36,420 nucleotides of DNA from Pseudomonadota bacterium (GTDB taxonomy: Bacteria > Pseudomonadota > Alphaproteobacteria > Rhizobiales > Hyphomicrobiaceae). Position numbers and translations under genes: made by a program. The stretch covers positions 1-36,420 of the forward strand of contig JBFMEX010000044.1 of the NCBI GenBank assembly GCA_040752215.1. Direction: 5' to 3'. The notes beneath the pieces were generated by a model. The model saw only the letters and a program-made list of their open reading frames with translations, had not been told where the DNA came from and searched no databases. How positions within the stretch are numbered: position 1 is the stretch's first letter; every line of letters starts with the position of its first letter. Of this stretch, positions 19,101-28,257 are shown one piece after another.

Positions 19101-19529
19101 GTGTCGCCGCTCGACGCCCAGGCCATCGTCACCCTGCTCGGGCTCGCGCCGCATCCCGAAGGCGGCTTCTATCGCGAGACGTTCCGCGATTCCGCCCTGC
19201 TGCCCGACGGCCGCGCCGCCTCGACCGCGATTTATTTCCTGCTCCGCGCGGGCGAGGTCTCGCGCTGGCACCGCGTCGATGCGGCCGAGGCCTGGCACTG
19301 GTATGCCGGCGCGCCGCTGGCGCTCGATCTGGCCGAGACCGGTATGCCGAGTCGCCGGCTGGTGCTCGGCGCAGATCTCGCCGCCGGCGAGCGCCCGCAG
19401 CACGTCGTCCCGGCCGGCGCGTGGCAGAGCGCGCGCAGCCTCGGCGCATGGACGCTAGTCGGTTGCACCGTGGCGCCGGGCTTCACCTTCGCCGGCTTCG
19501 AGCTGGCAGGCGAGGGCTTCGAGCCCTAG
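19101..19529 (+). CDS. cupin-fold protein (DUF985-like)
   Basis: A 142-aa ORF starts 3 nt after gloB. Small-cupin-like features are present (HPEGGFYRETF ... WHRV...WHWYAG). Confidence 0.65.
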   Translation: MSPLDAQAIVTLLGLAPHPEGGFYRETFRDSALLPDGRAASTAIYFLLRAGEVSRWHRVDAAEAWHWYAGAPLALDLAETGMPSRRLVLGADLAAGERPQHVVPAGAWQSARSLGAWTLVGCTVAPGFTFAGFELAGEGFEP

Positions 19530-19755
19530 CCGGCGCCGCGATGCCAGCGAATCACATGCCGCCGAGTTTGCCCCGCCTGCGGCGGGCGGCGGAGTTTTCC
19601 ACGATTCAGATTTGCAACCCCACGAATCAACCGACTGATCTGGCACGATGTTTTTCTTTTTGCTCGAACGCGGCCCGGCCGCGCTTGCCGCTGCCACCCG
19701 ACTCATCAACACTGCGCCAATTCGAAAAGTTGCCGCAAGCGGGGGGCTTTAGGGC

Positions 19756-21639
19756 ATGAGGCGCGAGTCATCGGGACGGCTGCTGACCACGGTATTCGTC
19801 GACTACGACAACATCTACCTCTCGCTGAAGCGCAAGAGCGAGGAGGCGGCGCGGCGCTTCGCCAAGGACGCTGGGCTGTGGCTCAGGGAGATCGAGAGCG
19901 GCCGCCTCATCACGTCGAGCAATTCGATCAGCTTCGATGCTCCCCGCCGCATTGTGATGAACCGCTGCTACGGCAATCCCGTGCCCCGTCGCAACCAGAG
20001 CGACAACTCGACCGACATGAGCTCGTTCCCGTTCGTCCGCCACCATTTCCTCAAGGCCGGGTTCGAGGTCATCGATTGCCCGCCGCTGACCGCCCAGCTG
20101 AAGAACTCTTCCGACATCCGCATGGTGATGGACGTCCGTGACCTCTTGGGCCACGACACTTATTTCGACGAGTTCGTGATCCTGTCCGGTGACGCCGACT
20201 TCACGCCGGTGCTGCACCGGCTGCGCGCCCACGCGCGGCGCACAGTGGTGTTCGCCAACGACTACACGGCCGCTCCCTATACCGCCTTGAGCGACGGCGA
20301 GATCCGCGAGAGCGACCTCATCGCCCTGCTGCTCGAGAGCCGGCTGCCGGCCGAGGCCGAACCGAACAGCGCCGCCACACCCGCCCGGCTACCGAGCGCC
20401 GCCGACCTCGACACCTCCCGCAAGGAGATCGTCGCCGAGGTCGTCGCCGGCGTGCGCGCCGCGCGCCAGCCGGTCCCGCTCGAGGCGCTCGCCGATCGCG
20501 CCGTGCGTACCCTCGGCCACGAGCGCACCGTCGGCTCCGCATGGGGCGGAACAGGAAGCTTCCGCGACCTGCTGCTGCGCAGCCTGCCGGAAGAGATCCG
20601 CATCAGCGAGCAGCCGCCCTACTACGTGTTCGACGCGAGCCGCCAGATCGCGGCCGAGCGCCCTGCATCCGAGCCCCGCCAGATCGCCGAGACCAGCCTC
20701 GAGCCGCGCGTTCCCGTGATCGCCGCCGAGCCTGCGCCGCAGCGGGTCCAGCCGGCGCCGGCTGCCTACGCCGCGCCGCAGCCGCTCGTTCCCGCGACGC
20801 CACCGGCCGCGGTGCGTCCTGCTGCTCAGCCGGCTCGCCCTGTCGCCCGCGCTCCGCAGCCGGCCGAGTCCGCGCCGGCATATCAATCGACGCAGCCGAC
20901 CCAATCGGCCCCGCAGCGTGCTGCCGCCCCGACCAATGCCGGCAGCCGCGAGGGAGCGACCGCAATCCAGCAGTCGATCGCACGCATTCACGAGGCTTGT
21001 CAGGCCCCGCCGCTGTCGCCGCCCGAGTATCGCGTGCTGTTCGAGGTGATGGCGAAGGAGCTGACCGAGAACGGCCTGACCGGCGCCCAGACCCTCGTCA
21101 ATATCACCGAACGCGCCCGCGAGCTCGGCCTCGATTTGAAGCGCGACGACCTGCGCTTCGTGCTCGACGTCGTCAGCGAGGCCGATCCCTGGTTCGAGCA
21201 AGGCGCCTCGGCCGCGCTGTTCGCCAGCCGATTCCGCAACTTCGTGATCGCGCGCTGCCGTGGCCAGGGCCTCAGCCTGTCGGTCGACGAACTCGACCTG
21301 ATCGAGGCGTGGTTCGCCGGCAGCGGCGGTGGCGCCCAGCGCGGTCGCGCCGCAGCCACCGCTCCGGCGCCGGCAAGAGCGCCGGTCGAGCCGGCACCGC
21401 AGCAGGCACCGTCCCATGCCGCGCGCCAGCCCGCCTATGCCAGCGCCGAGCCACGCTACGCAGCCGAGCCGGCACCCGCCGCCCAGGCGGAGGTGCGCGC
21501 CGACCGCTGGTGGACGCTCGAGGAGGGGCGCCAGCACGTGGCCGAGCAGCGCAACGAGCGTTTCGCCGCCGATAGCGCTCCCGCAGCCGCCGACGGCGAC
21601 GAGTTCCCACGCATCGTCCGCTCTCGCCTCAGGGTGTGA
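19756..21639 (+). CDS. NYN (LabA-like) nuclease-domain protein with Pro/Ala-rich linkers; probable OST-HTH/LOTUS-type C-terminal domains
   Basis: The NYN core is present (VFVDYDNIYLSL ... FVILSGDADFTPVLHRL). Two low-complexity Pro/Ala/Gln tracts lie at about 20653-20956 and 21316-21496. The 19.55-19.75 kb upstream region is the least GC-rich in the window. Confidence 0.8.
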   Translation: MRRESSGRLLTTVFVDYDNIYLSLKRKSEEAARRFAKDAGLWLREIESGRLITSSNSISFDAPRRIVMNRCYGNPVPRRNQSDNSTDMSSFPFVRHHFLKAGFEVIDCPPLTAQLKNSSDIRMVMDVRDLLGHDTYFDEFVILSGDADFTPVLHRLRAHARRTVVFANDYTAAPYTALSDGEIRESDLIALLLESRLPAEAEPNSAATPARLPSAADLDTSRKEIVAEVVAGVRAARQPVPLEALADRAVRTLGHERTVGSAWGGTGSFRDLLLRSLPEEIRISEQPPYYVFDASRQIAAERPASEPRQIAETSLEPRVPVIAAEPAPQRVQPAPAAYAAPQPLVPATPPAAVRPAAQPARPVARAPQPAESAPAYQSTQPTQSAPQRAAAPTNAGSREGATAIQQSIARIHEACQAPPLSPPEYRVLFEVMAKELTENGLTGAQTLVNITERARELGLDLKRDDLRFVLDVVSEADPWFEQGASAALFASRFRNFVIARCRGQGLSLSVDELDLIEAWFAGSGGGAQRGRAAATAPAPARAPVEPAPQQAPSHAARQPAYASAEPRYAAEPAPAAQAEVRADRWWTLEEGRQHVAEQRNERFAADSAPAAADGDEFPRIVRSRLRV

Positions 21640-21673
21640 TCCGGCCGGCCTTCGGGCCCGTGCTCGCACAATG

Positions 21674-21708
21674 AAAAACGCCCCGCATCGAGCGGGGCGT
21701 TTCTCTTC
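21674..21708. terminator. bidirectional rho-independent terminator between convergent NYN gene and phaB
   Basis: The sequence is AAAAA-acgccccgc-atcga-gcggggcgt-TTCTCTTC, a GC hairpin flanked by an A-run and a T-run. Confidence 0.6.
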
Positions 21709-21744
21709 GTGCTCCGGCGAGGCTCGTGCCCGCGGCCCAATCGC

Positions 21745-22470
21745 TCACGCCATATACTGGCCGCCGTTGGCCGAGATCGTCGAGCCGGTGATGAAGCCGG
21801 CGTCCTCCGAGGCGAGAAACACGACGCAGCGCGCGATCTCCTCCGGCTCGCCGAGGCGGCCGACCGGAATGTAGGGCAGGATCGACTTCTCGAGCACCGC
21901 CGGATCGATCGCCTTGACCATCTCGGTGGCGATGTAGCCCGGGCAGATCGCGTTGACGGTGATGCCCGCCCGCGCACCCTCCTGCGCCAGCGCCTTGGTA
22001 AAGCCGATGTCGCCCGACTTCGCCGCCGAGTAGTTGACCTGCCCCATCTGCCCCTTCTGGCCGTTGACCGAGGAGATGTTGATGATGCGCCCGAACTTCC
22101 TCGCCCGCATGCCCTCCCACACCGGCCGGGTCATGTTGAATAGGCCGTTGAGATTGGTGCCGATCACCTCGTCCCACTGCTGCCGGGTCATCTTGTGGAA
22201 CATTCCGTCACGGGTGATGCCTGCATTGTTCACCAGCACGTCGACCGGACCGAGTGCCGCCTCGATGCGCTTGATCCCGTCCGCGCACTGGTCGTAGTCG
22301 GCGACCGACCACTTGTAGACCGGGATCCCGGTCTCGGTCTGGAACTGCTGCGCGGCGGCGTCGTTGCCGGCGTAGTTGGCGGCGACCCTGTAGCCGGCAT
22401 TCTTGAGCGCGACCGAGATCGCGTGGCCGATGCCGCGCGTGCCGCCGGTGACGATGGCAACTCGTGCCAT
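21745..22470 (-). CDS. phaB: acetoacetyl-CoA reductase (SDR family)
   Basis: The protein carries a TGGTRGIG NAD(P)-binding motif, the YSAAK catalytic motif, and a PhaB-like sequence throughout. Confidence 0.9.
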   Translation of the reverse strand: MARVAIVTGGTRGIGHAISVALKNAGYRVAANYAGNDAAAQQFQTETGIPVYKWSVADYDQCADGIKRIEAALGPVDVLVNNAGITRDGMFHKMTRQQWDEVIGTNLNGLFNMTRPVWEGMRARKFGRIINISSVNGQKGQMGQVNYSAAKSGDIGFTKALAQEGARAGITVNAICPGYIATEMVKAIDPAVLEKSILPYIPVGRLGEPEEIARCVVFLASEDAGFITGSTISANGGQYMA

Positions 22471-22566
22471 GGATGAATTCCTCCCTGGAATTTGGCTGGT
22501 TTCTTGTGGTGGGCGAGCGGCGACGGGACGCTCCGGACGTTGCCGGAATGCCCCGCCGTAGCGATA

Positions 22567-23754
22567 TCAGTCGCGCTGGACGCACAAGGCGATGCCCATG
22601 CCGCCGCCGATGCATAGCGTGGCAAGGCCCTTCTTCGCGTCGCGGCGCTTCATCTCGTAAAGCAGCGTGGTCAGCACGCGCGCGCCGGAGGCGCCGATCG
22701 GGTGACCGATCGCGATCGCACCGCCATTGACGTTGACCTTGTCGGTATCCCAGCCAAGGCCCTTGTTGACCGCACATGCCTGCGCGGCGAACGCCTCGTT
22801 GGCTTCCACCAGGTCCAAGTCCTTGGTGGTCCAGCCGGCTTTCTCCAACGCCTTTTTGGAGGCGGGGATGGGACCCGTGCCCATGATCGAGGGATCGACG
22901 CCGGCGTGCGCCCACGACACGATCCGCGCGAGCGGGGTAATGCCGCGCTTCTTGGCCTCGGCCGCAGTCATCAGCACCACGGCGGCGGCGCCGTCGTTGA
23001 TGCCGGAGGCGTTGCCGGCGGTCACGCTGCCCTCTTTCGGGTCGAACGCCGGCTTCAGCTTGGCGACGCTTTCGAGCGTGACGCCGTCCTTGATGTACTC
23101 GTCGTCCGAGACCACCGTCTCGCCCTTGCGGGTCTTGATCGTCACCGGGACGATCTCGTCCTTGAACTTGCCGGCCTTCCTGGCGGCCTCGGCCTTGTTC
23201 TGCGAGGCGACCGCGAACTTGTCCTGCTCGTCGCGGGTGATCTGCCACTGGCGCGCGACGTTCTCCGCCGTGTTGCCCATGTGGTAGCCGTTGAAGGCGT
23301 CCCACAGGCCGTCCTTCAACATCGTGTCGAGGAATTTGAGCTCGCCCATCTTCACGCCGTCCCGCAAGTGGGCGACGTGCGGCGAGCGGCTCATGCTCTC
23401 CTGGCCACCGGCGACGACGATCTTGGCCGACCCGTCGGCGATCTGCTGCGCGCCGAGCGCCACTGCCCGGAGCCCCGAGCCGCACAGCTGGTTCAAGCCC
23501 CAGGCCGGCGCATCGACGGGAATGCCGGCCCCGATCGAGGCCTGGCGGGCCGGGTTCTGACCCTGACCGGCGGACAGGATCTGGCCCATGATCACCTCGG
23601 ACACGTCGCCCGCCGCCACCTTGGCGCGCTCCAGCGCCGCCTTGATGGCGATCTGGCCAAGCTCGTGCCCGGCGAGGCTGGCGAGCGCGCCGTTGAAGGA
23701 CCCGACCGGCGTGCGGGCGGCACTGGCAATCACAATGGTGGTATCGTCGCTCAT
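22567..23754 (-). CDS. phaA: acetyl-CoA acetyltransferase (beta-ketothiolase)
   Basis: The full thiolase catalytic set is present: CGSG (Cys), NEAF, GHP and CIGGGMG. The [16 protein letters not shown] start lies at 23754. Confidence 0.9.
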   Translation of the reverse strand: MSDDTTIVIASAARTPVGSFNGALASLAGHELGQIAIKAALERAKVAAGDVSEVIMGQILSAGQGQNPARQASIGAGIPVDAPAWGLNQLCGSGLRAVALGAQQIADGSAKIVVAGGQESMSRSPHVAHLRDGVKMGELKFLDTMLKDGLWDAFNGYHMGNTAENVARQWQITRDEQDKFAVASQNKAEAARKAGKFKDEIVPVTIKTRKGETVVSDDEYIKDGVTLESVAKLKPAFDPKEGSVTAGNASGINDGAAAVVLMTAAEAKKRGITPLARIVSWAHAGVDPSIMGTGPIPASKKALEKAGWTTKDLDLVEANEAFAAQACAVNKGLGWDTDKVNVNGGAIAIGHPIGASGARVLTTLLYEMKRRDAKKGLATLCIGGGMGIALCVQRD

Positions 23755-23977
23755 CTTGTGGCGTCTCCTGGAGGGAACGGGAGGATCGAAAGCGCGGGGC
23801 CGGCGTCGATGGTTGTCGTTCTCGGACGCGGCGGCTGGCGCACGATAGCAGCACCCCGTTCGCGACCGCAATTCCGCCAATCGGGGGAGACAGTCGCCTA
23901 TTTCTCAATCAATTTCATCTTTCATAGCGGGCCACGCCGTGTTAGCATGACGCAGTGCACAATCCGTGGGAGTCTCG

Positions 23978-24640
23978 ATGTCTACGGCAGCTTTGAACAA
24001 GAAAGAGGCGGAGTCGGACCGCAAGGAAGCCGTCGTCATCAAGAAGTACGCCAACCGACGGCTGTACAATACCGAGACCAGCACCTATGTGACGCTCGAG
24101 GATCTGGCGGCGATGGTGCGCTCGGATCGTGACTTCGTGGTGTTCGATGCCAAGAGCGGCGACGACCTCACCCACACGGTGCTGACCCAGATCATCGTCG
24201 AGCAGGAAGGGCGCCAAGGTGGCCAGACCCTGCTGCCGATCCCCTTCCTACGCCAGCTGATCCGCTTCTACGACGACCAGATCGGCCGCATGGTGCCGAG
24301 CTACCTCCAATTCAGCCTCGAGAACCTGGTCAAGGAGCAGGAGAAGATCCGGGCCCAGTTCGCCAGCGCGTTCGGCAACCCGGCCGCCGCCTTCGACGCC
24401 TACCAGGAGCAGGCGCGCAAGAACATGGCCATGTTCGAGCAGGCGTTGTCGATGTGGACCGCGCCGTTCGCCGCTGCTGCCAAGAAGGCCGCCGGCGAGG
24501 CCGCCGCCAAGGGCAAGCCGGAGACGGCAGAGGGCGACAAGCCCGCCGCCGCTGCCGCCAGCCGAGACGAGATCGGCGAGCTCAAGGCGGAGCTTGCCGC
24601 CATGCAGCAGAAGATCGAGAAGCTCTCCCAGGACCGCTGA
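23978..24640 (+). CDS. phaR: polyhydroxyalkanoate synthesis repressor PhaR
   Basis: The PhaR N-terminal DNA-binding signature is present (IKKYANRRLYNTETSTYVTLEDL). The ATG at 23978 has GGGAG upstream; the listed 23966 start is GTG. The gene is divergent from phaAB. Confidence 0.85.
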   Translation: MSTAALNKKEAESDRKEAVVIKKYANRRLYNTETSTYVTLEDLAAMVRSDRDFVVFDAKSGDDLTHTVLTQIIVEQEGRQGGQTLLPIPFLRQLIRFYDDQIGRMVPSYLQFSLENLVKEQEKIRAQFASAFGNPAAAFDAYQEQARKNMAMFEQALSMWTAPFAAAAKKAAGEAAAKGKPETAEGDKPAAAAASRDEIGELKAELAAMQQKIEKLSQDR

Positions 24641-24673
24641 GCCGCCGACGCGCCGGCCTAGGGCGCGGCAGGC

Positions 24674-26467
24674 TCACGAGGCGAGCCGGGCAGTGAGCTC
24701 GCTCGCCGGGAACGGCATCCCGTAGTGGAAGCCCTGCAGATAGGTGATGCCGGCCGCGGTCAGCATGTCCGCCGATTGCTGGTCGCCGACCCACTCCGCG
24801 ACCGTCTCCATGCCGAAGCTGCGTGCGAGATCGATCATCGTTTGCACGAACACCCGGTCACTCGAATCCTCGGCGAGGTTCTTCACGAACGCGCCGTCGA
24901 TCTTCACCATATCGACGTCGAGGTGCTTCAGGTTCTTGAACGAGGTGTAGCCGGCGCCGAAGTCGTCGATCGCCACCCGGCAGCCGAGCTCCTTCAGCGT
25001 ATCGACGAAGGCGATCGACTGGTCGATGTCGTGGATCGCTGCGGTCTCGGTGATCTCGATGATCAGCCGCTCGGTGATGCGCCGAGCGCCGCCGCTCAGG
25101 CGGTGCAGCGACACCAGCCAGTCGTGGTCGCTGGCGGTCAGGCTCGACACGTTGAGCGACAGTCGCATCGTCTCGTGCGCCGTGAGCAGCCCGATCGCCA
25201 GCTCCAACGTGCGGCGATCGACGAGACGCGACAGGCCGAGCTGCTCGACCACCGGCATGAACTCGCCGGCAGACACGACGGCGCCGTGCGGATGCGTCAT
25301 CCTCAGCAGCGCCTCGTAGATCTCGGCTCGACCCGTCCTGGCCGAGATCATCGGCTGCAGCACGAGATGCATCCGGCCCTCGTCGAGAGCGGCGATCACC
25401 TCGTCGGCGATGGCAATGTTCCGCTGCCGCGCCGTATCCCGCGTCGGGCTCGGCTCGTAGGCCATGAAGCTGTTGAGGCGCTTTTGCTTGGCGCGGTCGA
25501 GCGCCTGCAGCGCGTGGCTCAACGCCTGGCTCACCGTCTGCGCCTGGTCGGGGACGACGACGCCGCCGATCGAGATGCTCGCCGACAACGGGCACGCGCT
25601 GGTGCGGATCTGCTCGTCGCGCACCGCTTTCATGAACCGCTCGGCGGCGATCCGCATCGCGCCCGGACCGCAGTCGTTGAGGATGATGCCGAACTTGTTC
25701 GACGAGTAGCGGCCGATGGTGTCGCCGCCTCTGAGCTTGGAGCGGATCACGCGCGCGGTCGCCGCGATCACCTCGTCGCCGACGTCGAAGCCGAACGTCT
25801 CGTTGATGACCGCAAGGTTGGAGACCGCCGCCATGAGCACCGCGCACGGCTGGCGGGTGCGCTCGGCCCGCGTCAGCACGGCCCCGATCGCCTCCGTCAG
25901 GCGTATGCGGTTGAGCTGGCCGGTCAGCTCGTCGTGGTCGCTGCGGTAGAGGAGCCGTTGCTCCTCCCAGTATCGCTCGTTGATGACGCGGATCACGCCA
26001 CGCGCAGCAATGGCGCGGCCGTCCGCACCCGGCCACCAGCGGCCGTGATCCTCCACCCAGATCGAGACGTCGCTGCGCCGGCCCTCTGGCTGCAGCCGGT
26101 ATTGCAATCGGTAGGGCACGCCGCGCGCGAGCTCGGGCGAGGTCGGATCGGTGATCGCCGCCTGGCGCCGGCCGACGTGCTCGGCGGCGATCAGGAACTG
26201 GAACCCGGTGCCGGTCGCGATGACGTGGGCGTCGGGCAGGCCGAGCACCGCCGCCGCGTTGCTCTCCCACTCGATGCGGTCGGTGACGATGTCCCACTTG
26301 TAGGCCGTCTCCTCGACCGCCGACAGGATGCCGACGAGATCGAACGCCTCGGCCTCGATCAGCGGGTCGCCGGAGCCGCCCGCCGGGCTCGCCCCTCCCG
26401 CCGTGCCGCTGTTGTCCATCGGCTTGCGCGCGCAATCGGTTGTCGACGGCTTCTGTGGCGGGCTCAC
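24674..26467 (-). CDS. PAS / degenerate GGDEF / EAL signalling protein (probable c-di-GMP phosphodiesterase)
   Basis: The GGDEF-domain signature position reads RYSSNKFGIIL, with no GG(D/E)EF. The EAL motif is intact (EIYEALLRM...DDFGAGYTS). The start may be the MDNSG Met at about 26419. Confidence 0.85.
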   Translation of the reverse strand: MSPPQKPSTTDCARKPMDNSGTAGGASPAGGSGDPLIEAEAFDLVGILSAVEETAYKWDIVTDRIEWESNAAAVLGLPDAHVIATGTGFQFLIAAEHVGRRQAAITDPTSPELARGVPYRLQYRLQPEGRRSDVSIWVEDHGRWWPGADGRAIAARGVIRVINERYWEEQRLLYRSDHDELTGQLNRIRLTEAIGAVLTRAERTRQPCAVLMAAVSNLAVINETFGFDVGDEVIAATARVIRSKLRGGDTIGRYSSNKFGIILNDCGPGAMRIAAERFMKAVRDEQIRTSACPLSASISIGGVVVPDQAQTVSQALSHALQALDRAKQKRLNSFMAYEPSPTRDTARQRNIAIADEVIAALDEGRMHLVLQPMISARTGRAEIYEALLRMTHPHGAVVSAGEFMPVVEQLGLSRLVDRRTLELAIGLLTAHETMRLSLNVSSLTASDHDWLVSLHRLSGGARRITERLIIEITETAAIHDIDQSIAFVDTLKELGCRVAIDDFGAGYTSFKNLKHLDVDMVKIDGAFVKNLAEDSSDRVFVQTMIDLARSFGMETVAEWVGDQQSADMLTAAGITYLQGFHYGMPFPASELTARLAS

Positions 26468-26665
26468 CGGCTGGTTCCCAGGGCTCGAGCGGAGCTATGC
26501 GTGGCCCGGCAACGGCGCTGAGCGGCACGCGTCGGGCGAATTCGAAAGCTACGGGCAATTTCTTAACAAGCCTTGAAATCACGGCCTGTCCTGACCCGCA
26601 CCCGGCGGCCACTCCGCCCCGCGCGGCTGAGGGGTGAGGTCGGAATCGCGAGCTCCGACACGGGG

Positions 26666-27202
26666 TCAGCCCGGCTGGGTCCAACCGCTCTTCAGCGCGG
26701 CGAGCGCGGTCTCGTGATGGGCACGCGATGCGGCGCCGAAGCAGGCGAGCACGACCCGCGCCAGGGCGCCGCCCATGGCAAGCGCGTCGGCGATGGTCGC
26801 GACGGCGATGCGTGCGGCGCGATCCGGCGGGAACCCGTAGACGCCGGTCGAGATCGCCGGGAACGCGATGCTGGCGAGATCGTGCGCGCGGGCGAGTGCG
26901 AGGCTTTCCGCATAGGCCGAAGCAAGCAGCTGGTCCTCGCCGGCCCCGCCGCCGCGCCACACCGGACCGACGGTGTGGATCACGTAGCGCGCCGGCAGTC
27001 GATAGCCGCGGGTGATCTTGGCCTGGCCGGGCTCGCAGCCGCCGAGCAGCCGGCACTCAGCGAGCAGCTCCGGCCCCGCCGCGCGGTGGATCGCGCCGTC
27101 CACCCCGCCGCCGCCGAGCAGCGTCGGGTTGGCCGCATTCACGATCGCATCGACCGCGAGCGTGGTGATGTCGGCCTCCAAGATTTCAATGCGATGCGGC
27201 AT
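26666..27202 (-). CDS. macro-domain protein (O-acetyl-ADP-ribose deacetylase-like)
   Basis: A macro-domain signature is present ([25 protein letters not shown]). Confidence 0.85.
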   Translation of the reverse strand: MPHRIEILEADITTLAVDAIVNAANPTLLGGGGVDGAIHRAAGPELLAECRLLGGCEPGQAKITRGYRLPARYVIHTVGPVWRGGGAGEDQLLASAYAESLALARAHDLASIAFPAISTGVYGFPPDRAARIAVATIADALAMGGALARVVLACFGAASRAHHETALAALKSGWTQPG

Positions 27203-27482
27203 GAGATGGGCTCGTGCTCACGCGGGTGGCGGACGATACATCTTAGCGTTGTCGAGGCATTCCGTGTCGCGTCGTTGCCGCCCGACCCCGTATTCGCCGT
27301 TACCGTTCTGACAGTGAAGCCAGCCCCGGCGAGAACGACTATGCGCGCCGCCCTCGTCACCTTCAATACGATGCTCGCCCCAACCCTCTCCCCGTAGCGC
27401 GTGCAGCGCGATGAGGAGAGGGAGCATGTGCCGCGGGCGGCAATCGCTCCCGTGAAGCGCCACACTCACGTCCGCCGCACCC

Positions 27483-28025
27483 TCACCGGCCCGCGGCGGA
27501 CTTTGGCTGCAGCATTGATGGGGGAACGCTCGGTAGGAACGAGGGCTGCCCTGGCTCGCCCTTCGGCGTCGAGTCCTGCGGCTTGGTCGCGACCGTCGGC
27601 GACTTGGGCGCCACCTGATTGCTGCCGCCGCGGCCCTCCTCGCGGCCGCGCGCCGCGAGCTGCTTCAGGTAGGCAATGACGTCACGGCGCTCCTGCTCCT
27701 CGAGACCGGCGAAGGCCATGTAGGTGCCGGGCATGAAATCCTCGGGCTTGTCGAGGAATTGGTAGAGCGCATCCTCTGTCCACGACAGCCCCTTGTCGCG
27801 CGCCAGCTGCATGATCTCGGAGTACTGGAAGCCCTTGATCGTGCCGGCGCGGCGGCCGATGACGTCGTTGAGCGGCGGCGCGATCGAGCTCGTCGAGCCG
27901 GGCTCGACGACGTGACAGAGCAGGCACTTGCGGAACACGTGCTCGCCGCGCTTGGCATCCTGCGCGTAGGCCGCCGGAACCCACGCGGCCATGGCGAGCG
28001 TCCCAACCACTGCGAGCGATCTCAT
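27483..28025 (-). CDS. cytochrome c2-like class I c-type cytochrome with Pro-rich C-terminal tail
   Basis: A signal peptide (MRSLAVVGTLAMAAWVPAAYA), the CLLCH heme motif and a Met-ligand region (GTYMAFAGL...VIAYLK) are present. The start could instead be at 28037. Confidence 0.8.
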   Translation of the reverse strand: MRSLAVVGTLAMAAWVPAAYAQDAKRGEHVFRKCLLCHVVEPGSTSSIAPPLNDVIGRRAGTIKGFQYSEIMQLARDKGLSWTEDALYQFLDKPEDFMPGTYMAFAGLEEQERRDVIAYLKQLAARGREEGRGGSNQVAPKSPTVATKPQDSTPKGEPGQPSFLPSVPPSMLQPKSAAGR

Positions 28026-28257
28026 CGCGCGGAGCATCACCCGAGAGCGGTGCGGCACGCCGCTGTCTCGGGAGGTCGAGCCCGATCGTGCACGCACGGA
28101 TTCCCCCTCCAGACCGTTCACCCCGCTCGCCTCGGCAAGGCGTCCGCGATCCCGGCTTCATCATCACCCGGAGCAAGGCTAGCACCGCCGAGGTCCATTT
28201 GGAATGTGACCAGCGGCGCATTCCAGCGGGTGTCCAGCGGTCGCTCGGGCCGCCGGG

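Noticed and set aside
15147-19759. ORFs 15147..16046 (-), 15688..16806 (-), 16981..17874 (-), 17688..19403 (-, 571 aa), 15786..18311 (+, 841 aa) and 18110..19759 (+, 549 aa)
   Set aside because: These are alternative frames or antisense of the TAXI/TRAP/gloB/cupin genes, with Arg/Asp/Gly-rich low-complexity translations. Only the last 134 aa of 15786..18311 (DUF1850) was kept.
20389-21669. ORFs 20389..21669 (-, 426 aa) and 20541..21575 (+, 344 aa)
   Set aside because: These are by-products of the Pro/Ala-rich tracts of the NYN gene read in other frames.
22208-24132. ORFs 22208..23908 (-, 566 aa), 22702..24132 (+, 476 aa) and 22230..22625 (-)
   Set aside because: These are alternative frames of phaA/phaB, which have unambiguous catalytic motifs in their own frames.
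24725-27397. ORFs 24725..26521 (+, 598 aa), 24858..27056 (-, 732 aa) and 26573..27397 (+, 274 aa)
   Set aside because: These are antisense or alternative frames of the GGDEF/EAL and macro-domain genes.
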